A stretch of 64,000 nt of DNA, taken from contig JAXLNO010000061.1 of NCBI GenBank assembly GCA_038087875.1, positions 124,001 through 188,000 of the forward strand, given 5' to 3'. This document shows, one piece after another, positions 35,255-48,077 of the stretch. Position 1 is the stretch's first letter. Every line of letters starts with the position of its first letter. The notes under the pieces were generated by a model. It saw only the letters and a program-made list of their open reading frames with translations. It ran no database searches and was not told the DNA's origin. The translations under genes and the position numbers were made by a program. The stretch is from Malacoraja senta (lineage: Eukaryota).

Positions 35255-38200
35255 AAGGAACATGGTCAGTTTATTGTCACATGTACCAATTAAGGTACAG
35301 TTAAATTTAGAGTTACCATACAGCCATACTAAGTGAAAAGCAACAAGACACACAACCACATAAAAGTTAACATAAACATCCATCACAGTGGATTCCACAT
35401 TCCTCACTGTGATGGAAGGCAATAAAGTTCAGCCTTCTTCCTCTTTGTTCTCCCGCGGTCGGGGCTGTGAAACCATCCGCAGTCGGGGCGATCAAAGCCC
35501 CCGCAGCCGACGATCGAAGCCCCTGTTGGGGTGATCGAAACTCCCGCATCGGGGAGGTTGAAACTCTCGCATGGAGCTCCCAAGTCGGCCTCTTATTTCC
35601 AGTGACGTGGGCTTCACAATGTTAAAGTCCACAGGCCCCGCAGTTAGAGCTTCGATCCCAGGCAAAGGATCGCAAGCTCTGCAATGTTAAAGTCCCGCAG
35701 ACTCCTGCGGCTTGGAGCGCCGGGTCAGTCTCCAGGAAAGGCCACACCACTCCATGATGTCAGGCCGCAGTGGGGACGGAAATATGATATGAGAAAAAAA
35801 TCGCATCTCCGTCAGGCAACGCCATTGTAGTTGGAGACTCCATTGTGAGGGGTATGGACAGGGGTTTCTGCTGCAACAGACGGGATTCGAGGATGGTGTG
35901 CTGCCTTCCTGGTGCCAGGATCCAGGATGTCACGGACAGAGTGCAGAAAATCCTCAAGGGCGAAGGTGAACAGCTGGATATGGTAGTGCATGTCGGAACA
36001 AACAATGTCGGAAAGAAGGGGATGAATATTCTGCAGCGTGCTTTAGAGAGCTCGGAAAAATGCTTAAAATGCAGGACCTCCAGGGTTGTTATCTCTGGTT
36101 TGCTTCCAGTTCCTCGTGCTGGCGAGAGCAGGAACAGGGAGATATGGGTCCTGAACGTGTGGTTGAGGAACTGGTGCAGGGGGCAGGAATTTATATTCTT
36201 AGATCACTGGGATCTGTAATGGAGCAAGGGGGAACTGTACAAAAAGGACGGATTGCATCTTAACAGGTGGGAGACCAGCATTCTGGCAAGCAGGTTTGCT
36301 ACTGCTACACGGGTGGTTTTGAACTGAATAAGGGGGTGGGGTGGTATAGTCGAGGATGGAGTTAAAGGGAAAGAGAGTAAAGGGATGGTTAATGACCCCA
36401 AAATTTATGGGAAAGGAAGCTCACAAAGGGATAGGAGAGTATGACCAAGTGTAATAGGGATCGATGTGAAAGGTGAGATGCATAAGGAATTAAAAGTATT
36501 GTATATGAATGCACGAAGTATAAGAAGTAATGTAGATGAGCTTGAGGCTCAGTTACAGGTTTGTAGATATGACATTGTGGGGATTACTGAGACATGGCTG
36601 CAGGAGAATCGGGCCTGGGAACTTAATATTCCAGGTTATACATCCTATAGAAAGGACAGGCAGGTGGGCAGATAAGGGGGATCGCTCTGCTGGTGATGGA
36701 TGGAATTCAGTCCCTTGCAAGGGAAGACATAGGGACTGACGAGGTAGAGTCACTGTGGATTGATTTGAGGAATTGAAAAGGCAAGAAGACACTAATTGGT
36801 GTTAGCTACAGACCCCCAAATAGTAGCCCGGATGTAGGGTATAAGTTGCAGCAGGAGTTAAAACTGGCATGTAACAAAGGTAATGCCACTGTTGTGATGG
36901 GGGATTTCAAGATGCAGGTAGACTGGGAAAATCAGGTTGGTTCAGGACCCCAAGAAAGAGAGTTTGTAGAGTGCCTCTGAGATGGATTCTTAGAGCAGCT
37001 TGTAATGGAGCTGACCAGAGAAAAGGCAATTCTGGATTTAGTGTTGTCCAATGAACCAGATATGATAAGGGAACTCAAAGTAAATGAACCACTTGGAGGT
37101 AGTGATCATAATATGATTACTTTTAATCTGCAATTTGTGAAGGAGAACGTTAAATCGGAAGTGGCAGTGATGCAGTTGAACAAAGGGGACTATGACGGCA
37201 TGAGAGGGGAGCTGGCCAAGGTAGACTGGAAAGGGATCCTAGCAGGAATGACGGTGGAACAGCAATGGCAGGAATTTCTGGGCATAATCCGGGAGACGCA
37301 GGATCATTATATTCCAATAAGGAAGAAAGATTCTAAGGGGAGTAGGAGGCAACCGTGGCTGACAAGAGAAGTTAGGGATAAAATAAAACTAAAAGAAAAG
37401 ATTTATAACACAGCAAAGAGTAGCCGGAAGCCAGAGGATTGGGAAACTTTCATAAGACAACAGAAGGAAACAAAACGGGCAATACGAGCTGAAAAGATGA
37501 AGTATGAAGGGAAGCTGGCCAGGAATATAAAGAAGGACAGTTAAAGCTTCTTTAGATATGTTAAGGGAAAAAGAGTAGCAAAGTCAAATGTGGGTCCCTT
37601 GAAGGCAGACACGGGTGAAATTATTATGAGCAACAAGGAAATGGCAGAAGAATTGAATAGGTACTTCGGATCTGTCTTCACTAAGGAAGACACAAACAAT
37701 CTCCCAGAAGTACTGGAGGATAGAGGATCTAAGGGGGTAGAGGTACTGAAAGAAATTGTCATTAGGCGAGAAATAGTATTGGGTAGGCTAATGGGACTGA
37801 AGGATGATAAATCCCCTGGGCCTGATGGTCTGCATCCCAGGGTCCTCAGGGAGGTGGCTCTAGAAATAGTGGACGCATTGGTGATCATTTTCCAATGTTC
37901 AAGAGATTCAAGATCAGTCCCTGTGGATTGGAGGATAGCTAATGTTATCCCACTTTTCAAGAAAGGAGTGAGAGAGAAAACGGGGAATTGCAGACCAGTT
38001 AGCCTGACTTCGGTGGTGGTAAAGATGCTGGAGTCAATTATTAAAAGAGGTAATAATGGGGCATTTGGATTGCAGTGAAAGGATTATTCCAAGTCAACAT
38101 GGATTTATGAAAGGGAAATCATGCTTGACTAATCTTCTGGAATTTTTTGAGGATGTGACAAGTAAAATGGATGAAGGGGTGCCAGTGGATGTAATGTATC

Positions 38201-39533
38201 TAGACGTTCAGATAAGGTCCCGCACGGGAGACTGGTGACTAAAATTAGAGCACATGGTATTGGGGTAGGGTGTTGACATGGATAGAAAATTGGTTGGCAA
38301 AGAGTAGGAGTGAACGGGTGCTTTTCAGAATGGCAGGCAATGGCGAGTGGAGTGCCGCAAGGCTCGGTGTTGGGGCCGCAACTATTTACCATATATATTA
38401 ATGATTTGGAAGAGGGAATTAGGAGCAACACTAGCAAGTTTGCAGATGACACAAAGCTGGGTGGCAGTGTGAACTGCGAAGAGGATGTTAGGAGGTTGCA
38501 GGGTGACCTGGACAGGTTGAGTGAGTGGGCAGATGCGTGGCAGATGCAGTATAATATAGATAAATGTGCGGTTATCCACTTTGGTGGCAAAAACAAGGGG
38601 TCAGATTATTATCTCAATGGGGTTAGGTTAGGTAAGGGGGAGGTGGAGCAAGACCTGGGTGTCCTTGTACACCGGTCACTGAAAGTTGACGTGCAGGCAC
38701 AGCAGGCAGTGATGAAAGCTAATGAAATGTTGGCCTTCATAACAAGAGGATTTCATTATAGGAGTAGAGAGGTTCTTCTGCAGTTGTATAGGGCTCTGGT
38801 GAGACCACATCTGGAGTATTGTGTACAGTTTTGGTCTCCTAATTTGAGGAAGGACATCCTTGTGATTGAGTCAGTGCAGCGTAGGTTCACGAGATTGATA
38901 CCTGAGATGGCGGGACTGTCATATGAGGAAAGATTGAAAAGACTAGGCTTGTATTCACTGGAGTTTAGAAGGATGAGGCGGGATCTTATAGAAACATATA
39001 AAATTATAAAAGGACTGGACAAGCTAGATGCAGGAAAAATGTTCCCAATGTTGGGTGAGTCCAGAAGCAGTGGCCACAGTCTTAGAATAAAGGGGAGGTC
39101 ATTTAAAACTGCGGTGAGAAAAAACTTTTTCTCCCAGAGAGTTGTGAATGTATGGAATTCCCTGCCACGGAGGGCAGTGGAGGCCAAATCACTGGATGGA
39201 TTTAAGAGAGAGTTAGATATAGCTCTAGGGGCTAGTGGAGTCAAGGGATATGGGGAGAAGGCAGACACGGGTTATTGATAGGGGACGATCAGCCATAATC
39301 ATAATGAATGACGGTGCTGGCTCGAAGGTGCGAATGGTCTCCTCCTGCACCTATTTTCTATGTTTCTATGTTTCCGTCAAGGTAAGAAATTGAAAAAAAG
39401 TTTCCACCAACCCCACCTCCCACATATAACAAACCAAGGAACACTAAAACATACTTTTTAACACATACTAAAATTATCAAAAAGAAGAAAGGACAGACCC
39501 ACTGTTGGCGAGGCAGACACTGCTGGTGGTGCC
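35255..39533 (-). mobile_element. GC-rich SINE-like element split by CR1 (35255-35814, 39373-39533)
   Basis: Tail tttattgtcaca and stem-loop catcacagtg...cactgtgatg; the head at 39373-39533 resembles 55-230. Confidence 0.65.
35815..39372 (+). mobile_element. CR1 LINE, 5'-truncated in ORF1 esterase, full-length ORF2 with several disablements
   Basis: VGDSIVRG/VVHVGTN, endonuclease, RT (ORF 38310-39278, 322 aa) and tail. 7-bp TSD tccgtca (35808-35814, 39373-39379). Confidence 0.94.
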
Positions 39534-40294
39534 ACCCGGTTCTCGATGCTGACTATGGGTGCTGTCTGCATGGAGTTTGCACATTCACCCCGTTTCACCC
39601 AACACTCCAAAGACGTATGGATTTGCTGCTTAATTGGTTTTGGTAAGATTGTACATTTTCCCAGGAATGTCGGATAGTGCAAATGTTTGGAGATCGTAGG
39701 TCGTCATGGACTTGTTAGACCGAAGTGCCTTTTTCCACGCTGTATCTTTAAATCCATGTATGCAACGTCTACAGCTCCACCCTCAAACCTTTTGGTCACA
39801 TTATCAAAAAATCTCCCACGTACTCAACCGTGTTGATTAACCTTAAATCAGCCCTTGTCCATCACCTCATATTTAAATTAGCATCATGTTCAGCACAAAT
39901 ATTGTGGGCTGAATGGCGATTCCTGTGCTGTACTGTTTTATGTTCTATGTATCATAATTAACTCCATCTGCAGTTTCGTGTTCGATTTCACCATCAGTTC
40001 AAGTTGATTCCACATCATGAACAACTCCACAACTCTACGTGTCACTTCCACACTTACTGATCACACCTTCAGTATCTGCAACCAAATCACTCACACATAT
40101 CACAGAACAAGGTGCCCAACACTGTTCTATGTGGAATGTCAATCATCACAGGCACCCAATCACAAAAACAACCCTCTACAACACCCTCTAATCCTATAAT
40201 CAAGCGAATTTTGGAACATAGAGAATAGAAGAGACAAACACAGGCACAAGCCTTTCTGCCCACAATGTCTGTGCCGAACAGAATGCCAGGACGT

Positions 40295-40712
40295 TTGCTT
40301 AAGAAAGAACTGCAGACGCTGGTATAATCGAAGGTAGATACAAAAAGCTGGAGCAACTCAGCGGGTGAGGCAGCATCTATGGAGAGAAGGAATTGGTGAC
40401 GTTTCAGGTCGAGACCCTTCTTCAGACTGATGTCAGGGGAGGGGCAAAGATAGAATGTAGGCAGAGACAGTAAGACTGGTGGGAGAATTGGTAAGGGGGA
40501 GGGGATGGAGAGAGAAAGCAAGGGCTACCTGTAGTTAGAGAAGTTAATGTTCATACCGTTGGGGTGTAAACTACCCAAGTGAAATATGAGGTGCTGTTCC
40601 TCCAATTTGCACTGGGCCTCACTCTGACAATGGAGGAGGCCCTGGACAGAAAGGTGAGATTGGGAATGGGAGGGGGAGTTGAAGTGCTGAGCCACCGGGA
40701 GATCAGGTAGGT
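40295..40712 (-). mobile_element. Penelope 3' fragment (GIY-YIG C-terminus + terminal region)
   Basis: Homologous to 33124-33520; truncated by the CR1 at 40713. Confidence 0.85.
40398..40425 (-). ncRNA. Hammerhead-ribozyme-like core in Penelope terminus
   Basis: CUGAAGA-A-GGGU-CUCG-ACCU-GAAAC-GUC downstream of the GIY-YIG stop, same sense. Helix I is only about 2 bp. Confidence 0.5.
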
Positions 40713-43385
40713 TAAGAGCTCCCGTAGATTTTGAAGAAACAGCAGCAAAAAGAAGCAGGACAAAGCAGTGATTGGCTCTAGCCCGAGTGGGAGGAGAGTT
40801 AGAAGTGAGTCAGAGGGGGAAAACTGTTTAAAAAGAGAGGCAAAGCACAGCGAGACTTAACTCAGAGCTCCTGTGGATTTTGAAGAAGCAGCAGCATAGA
40901 GAAGCAGGACAAAGCAGTGATTGGCTCTAGCCCGAGTGGGAGGAGAGTTAGAAGTGAGTCAAAGGGGGAAAACAGTTTAAAAAGAGAGGCAAAGCACAGA
41001 GAGTTAACTCAGAGCTCACGTGGATTTTGAAGAAACAGCAGCATAGAGAAGCAGGACAAAGCAGTGATTGGCTCTAGCCCGAATGGGAGGAGAGTTAGAA
41101 GTGAGTCAGAGGGGGAAAACAGTTTAAAACTGAGGCATTTGGTTTGTAAATTGGTAAATTAGACAATTTATCAGTCAATATAAGCAAGACGGCTCTTAGG
41201 GAGCGGCAGTGAGGGAGCGGCCTTGTGAGTAAAGTGTGAGTCTTTGGCTCGAGAGTCTTAGGAGAGGAGGCTATGCATACAGCTTGTGAGGACGGAACGC
41301 GGTGAACACATGTCGGGGCAGATGAGACAGTGTGAGGCTTGCAGAATGTGGGAGCCCAGGGTCACGGGTGGAGCCTCTGGCTGCTACAACTGTGGCAAGT
41401 GCATCCAGCTTCAGCTCCTAAAGGACCGTGTTTGGGCACTGGAGAAGCAGCTGGATGACCTCAGGGCCATCCGGGAAAATGAGAGTTTCCTGGACAGGAC
41501 CTACAGTGAGGTAGTCACGCCGAGGATACGGGGAGAACCAAGGTGTGTGACGGAGAGAAAGGGTAGAAATCGTGGAGTGCAGAAGAACCTGGTGGCTGTG
41601 CCTAATGAAAACAGGTACGCCCTCTTGGGAACTGTCTGGGGAGATGATGTTTCCAGTCCGAGCGGCGGACACGTCGGTGGCTCCAATCCTAGAGATGGGA
41701 CTCGACCGGCGAGACCGACGTCGGGCTGAGCCCTAGTGGTGGGTGACTCCATTGTCCGAGGAGCGGACAGGAGATTCTGTGGCAGCAGACGAGATGCAAG
41801 GATGGTCTGTTGCCTCCCTGGTGCCAGGGTTAAGGATGTCAAGAGCTGAATTCAGAACATCCTCGAGAGAGAGAAGGTGAACAGCCGGTAGTAGTTGTGC
41901 ACGTAGGTACAAATGACATCGGGAAGAAGAGGAAGGAGGTTCTCCAACATGACTTCAGAGAGTTGGGAAGAAGACTGAAATGCCGGACTTCTAGGGTGGT
42001 TATCTCTGGATTGCTTCCAGTACCTCGTGCTAGTGAGGAGAGGAACAGGGAGATAGGGGATCTGAATGAGTGGCTGAGGGGCTGGAGCAGGGAGCAAGGA
42101 TTTAGATTTATAGACCTCTGGGGTAGGGGTGACCTGAACAAAAAGGATGGGTTACACTTTAACTGGAGGGGGACCGACATTCTGGCAGACAGGTTTGCTA
42201 GGGCTACATGTGTGGGTTTAAACTAAATAGTGGGGGGGGGGAGGGATTGACAAATTGGAAGTATAAAGATGAAGTTGATGGGGAAGTGACTACAGGAAAA
42301 ATTACAAAAGATTCTCGAATTAATGGGAAGGAAAGCTTTAGAATGGACAACAGAGTAAGGTCAGGGCCAATTGCGAGGGGGGAAGTGAATACGGAGGTCA
42401 AAGTGCTCTATATGAATGCGCAAAGTATAAGGGATAAAGTGGACGAGCTTGAGGCTCAGTTAGAAACTGGCAAGTATGATGTTGTGGGAATTACTGAGAC
42501 ATGGTTGCAAGAGGGCCAGGGCTGGGAACTGAATATTCAAGGGTATACCTCCTATCGAAAAGACAGACAAGTGGGCAGAGGGGGTGGGGTTGTCCTGTTG
42601 GTGAGAAATGAAGTTCAATCCCTTGCAAGGGGTGACATTGAAACTGGAGATGTGGAATCAGTATGGATAGAACAAAGGAATTGTAAGGGTAAAAAGACCC
42701 TAATGGGACTGATCTACAGGCCCCCAAACAGTAGCCTGGACATAGGGCGCAAGTTGAATCGGGAGTTAAAATTGGCATGTAGCAAAAGTAATGATGTAGT
42801 TGTTATGGGAGATGTCAACATGCAGGTAGACAAGGAAAATCCGGTTAGGACTGGACCCCAAGTAAGGGACTGTGTAGAGTGCCTTCGTGATGGATTCTTT
42901 GAACAGCTTGTATTGGAGCCTACCAGGGAGAAGGCAATTCTGGATTTAGTGTTATGTAATGAACCGGATTTGATAAAGGACCTCGAGGTTAATGAGCCAT
43001 TAGGAGGCAGTGACCATAACATGGTCAGGTTTAATCTACAATTGGAGAGGGAGAAGGGTAGATCGGAGGTGTCAGTGTTGCAATTGAATAAAGGGGACTA
43101 TGGGGTCATGAAGGAGGAGCTGGCCAAAGTTGACTGGAAAGATACACTAGCAGGGATGAAAGTGGAACAAAAATGGCAGATATGTCTAGGAATAATACAG
43201 AAGGTACAGGATCAGTTCATTCCTAGGAGGAAGAAAGATTCCAAGGGGAGAAAGGGACGACCATGGCTGACAAGGGACGTCAGGGACAGTATAAAAATTA
43301 AATCCAAGAAGTACAACGTAGCAAAGATGAGCGGGAAGCAAAAGGATTGGGTAATGTTTAAAGAACAGAAGATAACCAAAAAGAC
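40713..43385 (+). mobile_element. CR1 5' half: monomeric 5'UTR, ORF1 (disrupted), ORF2 endonuclease
   Basis: CEAC...CGKC, GDSIVRG, VHVGTND, DGLH; ORF 42208-43395 with YMNAQSI, GITETWL and SDHN. Confidence 0.92.
40716..41135 (+). repeat. Three ~148-bp tandem monomers in the CR1 5'UTR
   Basis: gagctc at 40716, 40865 and 41012; each unit has tgattggc (inverted CCAAT). Confidence 0.9.
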
Positions 43386-43734
43386 AGTTCAGTAGACATT
43401 CAGTGTGTTCAGTTGACTTACAGCTCAGACAGAGTCGTGACCTCCCCCTCCCCCATCATGCAGAGACTGAACCACACCCACACTTCCAGGTTTTATAATC
43501 CCTCCCCCTCCCACCATAAAAGATGTGGCCTTCATGGCATGATTGACAGGAGAGATATTCTCAACATTTTTTAAACACTAATAACACTTTTATTTTTCAT
43601 TGATGGGAAGAATCCTCTGCACCTGATGAGCAGAGGGAGACCGAGTAAGATGGCAAAAAATCACAGCCGTATGTGGTAGCGTTTTATCTAAAATCAATAT
43701 AGTGCAAACAGGAAGTTGTCAAGTTTAGACAACC

Positions 43735-44225
43735 AACCCTTTGCAGTGCCTTTCCACTTCAACCCAAAACCACCAAGCAACCCTTTGCAATGCCTTTTCA
43801 CTTCAACCCAAACCCCCCAAACAACCATTTGCTGTGCCTTTTTACTTCAACCCAAACCCCCGAATCAACCATTTGCAGAGCCTTTTTACCTCAACCCAAA
43901 AAAAACCCAAACAAACATTTGCGCTGCCTTTTTACTTCAACCCAAAACCCCCCCAAACAACCATTTGCACTGCCTTTTTACTTCAACCCAAAAAAAACCC
44001 AAACAAACATTTGCGCTGCCTTTTTACTTCAACCCAAAACCCCCCCAAACAACCATTTGCGCTGCCTTTTTACTTCAACCCAAAACCCCCCCAAACAACC
44101 ATTTGCACTGCCTTTTTACTTCAACCCAAAAAAAAACCAAACAACCATTTGCACTGCCTTTTTACTTCAACTCAAACTCCCTCCCCCCAAACAACCATTT
44201 GCAGTGCCTTTTTACTTCAAACCAA
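43735..44225 (+). repeat. ~46-bp minisatellite, ~11 copies
   Basis: Unit ccatttgc(a/g)ctgcctttttacttcaacccaaaa(c/a)ccccccaaacaa. Confidence 0.92.
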
Positions 44226-44248
44226 CCATATTTTCATTTTCAAACCAC

Positions 44249-45155
44249 ATTTGATTTGATTTGATTTGATTTGATTTGATATATTTTTATTTCGAACGAT
44301 TAAAAAAAGAAGAAAAGAAAAAAATGAAAATGAATAATAAATAAAGGAAAATTATATATATACATATATATATATACATAAATACATACACACATACATA
44401 CATATACATGTACATATATACATACATAAATATACACATATACACACATACACATATACATAACATATATGTACATACATAAATTAAAAAATCAAAAGCC
44501 AATTTCAACATAATACACATTAGACTCGTTCGAAAAGGGATAGGAAGAAGCCTATGCTTGTCAAGTCCTACCCCCATTCTTCACCATTAACAAATGCAAA
44601 ATTCAATAAAATAAACTAAACAGACAATTCAAATATAACTACTCCAATCAAGCTATTAAGAAAACAAGAACAAAAAAAGAAAAGAACAAAAAGAACAAGC
44701 ACCATTAACATCTGTGAGATTTACATTCTCCTTCCTCATTACTGTACTTTTCAAAGATATATCTTTTGTACATATTTTTAAATTGCATTATATTCATACT
44801 TTGTTTAATCGTTTTGTCAAGACCATTCCACAAAACCACCCCACAAATGGAAATACACATACTTTTTAAATTGGTCCGAGCATAAGGCTGTTTCAAGTTT
44901 AGTTTCCCTCTAAAGTTATAACCCCCCTCTCTGTCTCTGAACAGTTTTTGTATGTTTACAGGTAGCAGTTTATTTTTTGCTTTATAAATTATTTGTGCAG
45001 TCTTAAATTCTACCAGATCCTTAATCTTTAAGGTATGTAATTTTAAATACAGTATATTGGTGTGTTCATGATATCCTACATTGTTTACTATACGAATAGC
45101 TCTTTTTTGTAGTGTGCTTAGTGATTGTAAGGTGGTTTTGTAGGTGTTAAGGGCA
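44249..45155 (-). mobile_element. L2/Crack-like LINE 3' fragment
   Basis: ORF 44705-45160 LQKRAIRIVNNVGYHEHT...GVVLWNGL, a 3'UTR with TA/CA microsatellite, and an (atcaa)n tail. Confidence 0.7.
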
Positions 45156-45569
45156 CTCACTGTTGAGTAGGCATGTGTTCAGTGTTATTCAGAGCTCAGA
45201 GAGACGTGAACCTCTGCAAGTTCCTTGCAGAGACTGAGTGAAGCACACCACTTCCGGGTTTTATAGTCCCTCCCCCCTCCCACCAGCAGGGACAGCAGAG
45301 AGAATGGCAACATTTTAAAAAACATTAATATATCAGGCGGAGGGGTCTCTGAGCGAGGTGGCCAAAAATGACGGCCCGTAGATGGCGGCGTTCTCTCGGA
45401 AATCACAGCACAGCGAGCCAAAAGCGGTCAAGATCAGACTTTTAGTAATATAGATATATACAGAGGACCATCATTTTAACGGACCGCTTTATAACGGCTG
45501 ACCTACAGACGCTGCCCGCACTGCCGCTCCACTGCTCCCCCCCCCCCCCCCCCTACCTACAGTCCGTTA

Positions 45570-45752
45570 TTTAAGAGAGGGATTTATTAAAGGGTTAGAT
45601 AGAGCTCTTGGGGCTAGTGGAATCTAGGGATATGGGGAGAAGGCAGGCACGGGTTATTGATTGGGGACGATCAGGCATGATCACAATGAATGGCGGTGCT
45701 GGCTCGAAGGGCCGAATGGCCTCCTCCTGCACCTATTTTCAATATTTCTATG
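45570..45752 (+). mobile_element. CR1 3' end
   Basis: Matches the 3'UTR of 39200-39372. Confidence 0.85.
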
Positions 45753-46221
45753 TTATAACAAGGGTTTACTGTATTCCTATTCAGAAGCCTCGAAAACACC
45801 ACTATCAGATCTTTCTCCACAATCACCCGTGTCAGCATGTTCCAGGCACTCATCACACTCTGAGTGTACAAACTAATGCCCCGCACATCTCCTTTAAACT
45901 TTGCCCCTCATCGGAACTCTCTGGGATTGGGAATCATGGGGAATCACAAAGGCAGCCGCCCAAGACTCACGCCCATTACACTCCTACTACTGGGAAGAAA
46001 GTGTAGGAATCTGAAAACCAAGAACAGCTTCTTCCCAACAACCATCTTGAACACAACAAATCACAAACTAAACTATTATATGAACAATGGACTTTCCTTG
46101 GTTGCACTGTGGACTTTGGACATTTTTGCACTAGTATCGGGGTTATTAAATCACTCAATATTTTTTCTTTATTACATATGATCTATGAGCATTTTCATTA
46201 GGGCTCTCTTTACTTTATTTA

Positions 46222-46515
46222 ACTTTAGATTTTACAGATACAGCGCGGAAACAGGCCATTCGGCCCACAAAATCCGCACCGACCATCGATCACCCGTACA
46301 CTAGCACAATCCACACTAGGGAATTTACCAATGCAAATTAGCTTACAAACCTGTAAATCTTTGGAGTGTGGGAGGAAAGCGAAGCATGCAGAGAAAACCC
46401 ACGCAGTCACAGAGAGACCGTAAAACTCCGTTCAGACAGCACCGGTAGTCAGGATCAAACCCGGGTCTCCTGTGTTATAAGGTAGCAACTCTACCGCTGC
46501 TCCACTGTGCTGCCC
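46222..46515 (-). mobile_element. HE1-type SINE
   Basis: tRNA-like head at the 46515 end; CR1-like tail (gatacagcgcggaaacaggcc). Confidence 0.8.
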
Positions 46516-46630
46516 TTATATGCTGTTATACTGCAGAGATTCTCATTGCCTCATTGTCGGTACATATGACAATTAAATACTCTTGATTTCCCCCTACCTA
46601 CGCCAATCTCTGCTCCACTCTTTCCCTCCT

Positions 46631-48077
46631 CCGCGGCGTCGCGGTGGCGAAACGGGAGAGTTGCTGCCTTACAGCGCTTACACCCGGATTCGATACTGAC
46701 TATGGGTGCTGTCTGTACGGAGTTTGTACGTTCTCCCCGTGATCCCGTGGGTTTATCCGAGATCTTCGGTTTCCTCCCACACTCCAAAGACGTACAGGTT
46801 TGGAGGTTAATTGGCTTGGTATAATGTAAATTGTCCCGCACGGGAGACTGGTGACTAAAATTAGAGCACATGGTATTGGGGTTAGGGTGTTGACATGGAT
46901 AGAAAATTGGTTGGCAGACCAGAAGCAAAGAGTAGGAGTGAACGGGTCCTTTTCAGAATGGCAGGCAGCGGCGAGTGGAGTGCCGCAAGGCTCGGTGTTG
47001 GAGCCGCAACTGTTTGCCATATATATTAATGATTTGGAAGAGGGAATTAGGAGCAACACTGACAAGTTTGCGGATGACACAAAGCTGGGTGGCAGTGTGA
47101 ACTGTGAAGAGCATGTTAGGAGGTTGCAGGGTGACCTGGACAGGTGAGTGAGCGGGCAGATGCGTGGCAGATGCAGTATAATACAGATAAATGTGAGGTT
47201 ATCCACGTTGGCGGCAAAAACAAGGGGGAAGTTATTATCTCAATGGGGTTAGGTAAGGAGGAGATGCAGCGAGACCGGTCAATGAAAGTTGGCTTGCAGG
47301 TACAGCAGGCAGTGAAGAAAGCTAATGGAATGTTGGCCTTCATTACAAGAGGATTTCTGTATAGGAGTAAAGAGGTTCTTCTGCAGTTGTATAGGGCTCT
47401 GGTAAGACCACATCTGGAGTAGTGTGTACAGTTTTTGTCTCCTAATTTTAGGAAGGACACCCTTGTGATTGAGGCAGTGCAGTGTAGGTTCACGAGATTG
47501 ATCCCTGGGATGGCGGGACTGTCATATGAAGAAAGATTGAAAAGACTAGGCTTGTATTTACTGGAGTTTAGAAGGATGAGGGGGATCTTATAGAAACATA
47601 TAAAATTATAAAAGGACTGGACAAGCTAGATGCAGGAAAAATGTTCCCAATGTTGGGCGAGTCCAGAACCAGGGGCCAGTCTTAGAATAAAGGGGAGGCC
47701 ATTTAAGACTGAGGTGAGAAAAACTTTTTCGCCCTGAGTTGTGAATTTGTGGAATTCCCTGCCACAGAAGGCAATGGAGACCAAATCACTGGATGGATTT
47801 AAGAGAGAGTTAGATAGAGCTCTAGGGGCTAGTGGAATCAAGGGATATGGGGTGAAGTCAGGCACGGGTTATTGATTGGGGACGATCAGCCATGATCACA
47901 ATGAATGGCGGTGCTGGCTCGAAGGGCCGAATGGCCTCCTCCTGCACCTTGTTTCTATGTTTCTATGTGTGTGTTAGTGTTAATGTGTTAGTGTTAATGT
48001 GCTGGGATCGCAGGTCATTGCGGACTCGGTGGGCCGAAGGGCCTGTTTCCGCGCTGTATCTCTAAACTAAACTAAAT
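46631..48077 (+). mobile_element. HE1-type SINE split by CR1 (46631-46836, 47968-48077)
   Basis: Head and body, then tail ...ccgcgctgtatctctaaactaaactaaa. Confidence 0.78.
46832..47967 (+). mobile_element. CR1 3' 1.1 kb (RT C-half to tail)
   Basis: VPQGSVL, FADDTK, tail; collinear with 38217-39372. Confidence 0.92.

Larger units (their letters stand above)
35194..39749 (+). mobile_element. HE1-type tRNA-derived SINE split in two (35194-35254, 39534-39749)
   Basis: tRNA-like head ggggtggcacggtgg...gaccctggttc; body and CR1-like tail resume at 39534. Compare 46631-48077. Confidence 0.75.
18500..39785 (-). mobile_element. Old minus-strand CR1 RT relic in pieces (18500-18654, 34790-35193, 39750-39785)
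   Basis: Sequence rejoins across the Gypsy element (TSD cttcc/cttcg) and across the HE1 SINE. PQGSELGPLLF and FADD occur in ORF 34706-35026(-). Confidence 0.65.
43390..45454 (-). mobile_element. Helitron-like non-autonomous element with internal duplication
   Basis: Minus-strand start a|TCTATATTACTAAAAG at 45454. 43395-43690 resembles 45170-45400. 3' end not recognised. Confidence 0.5.

Noticed and set aside
43716..44264. Three overlapping 150-180 aa ORFs
   Set aside because: Translation of a stop-free 46-bp minisatellite.
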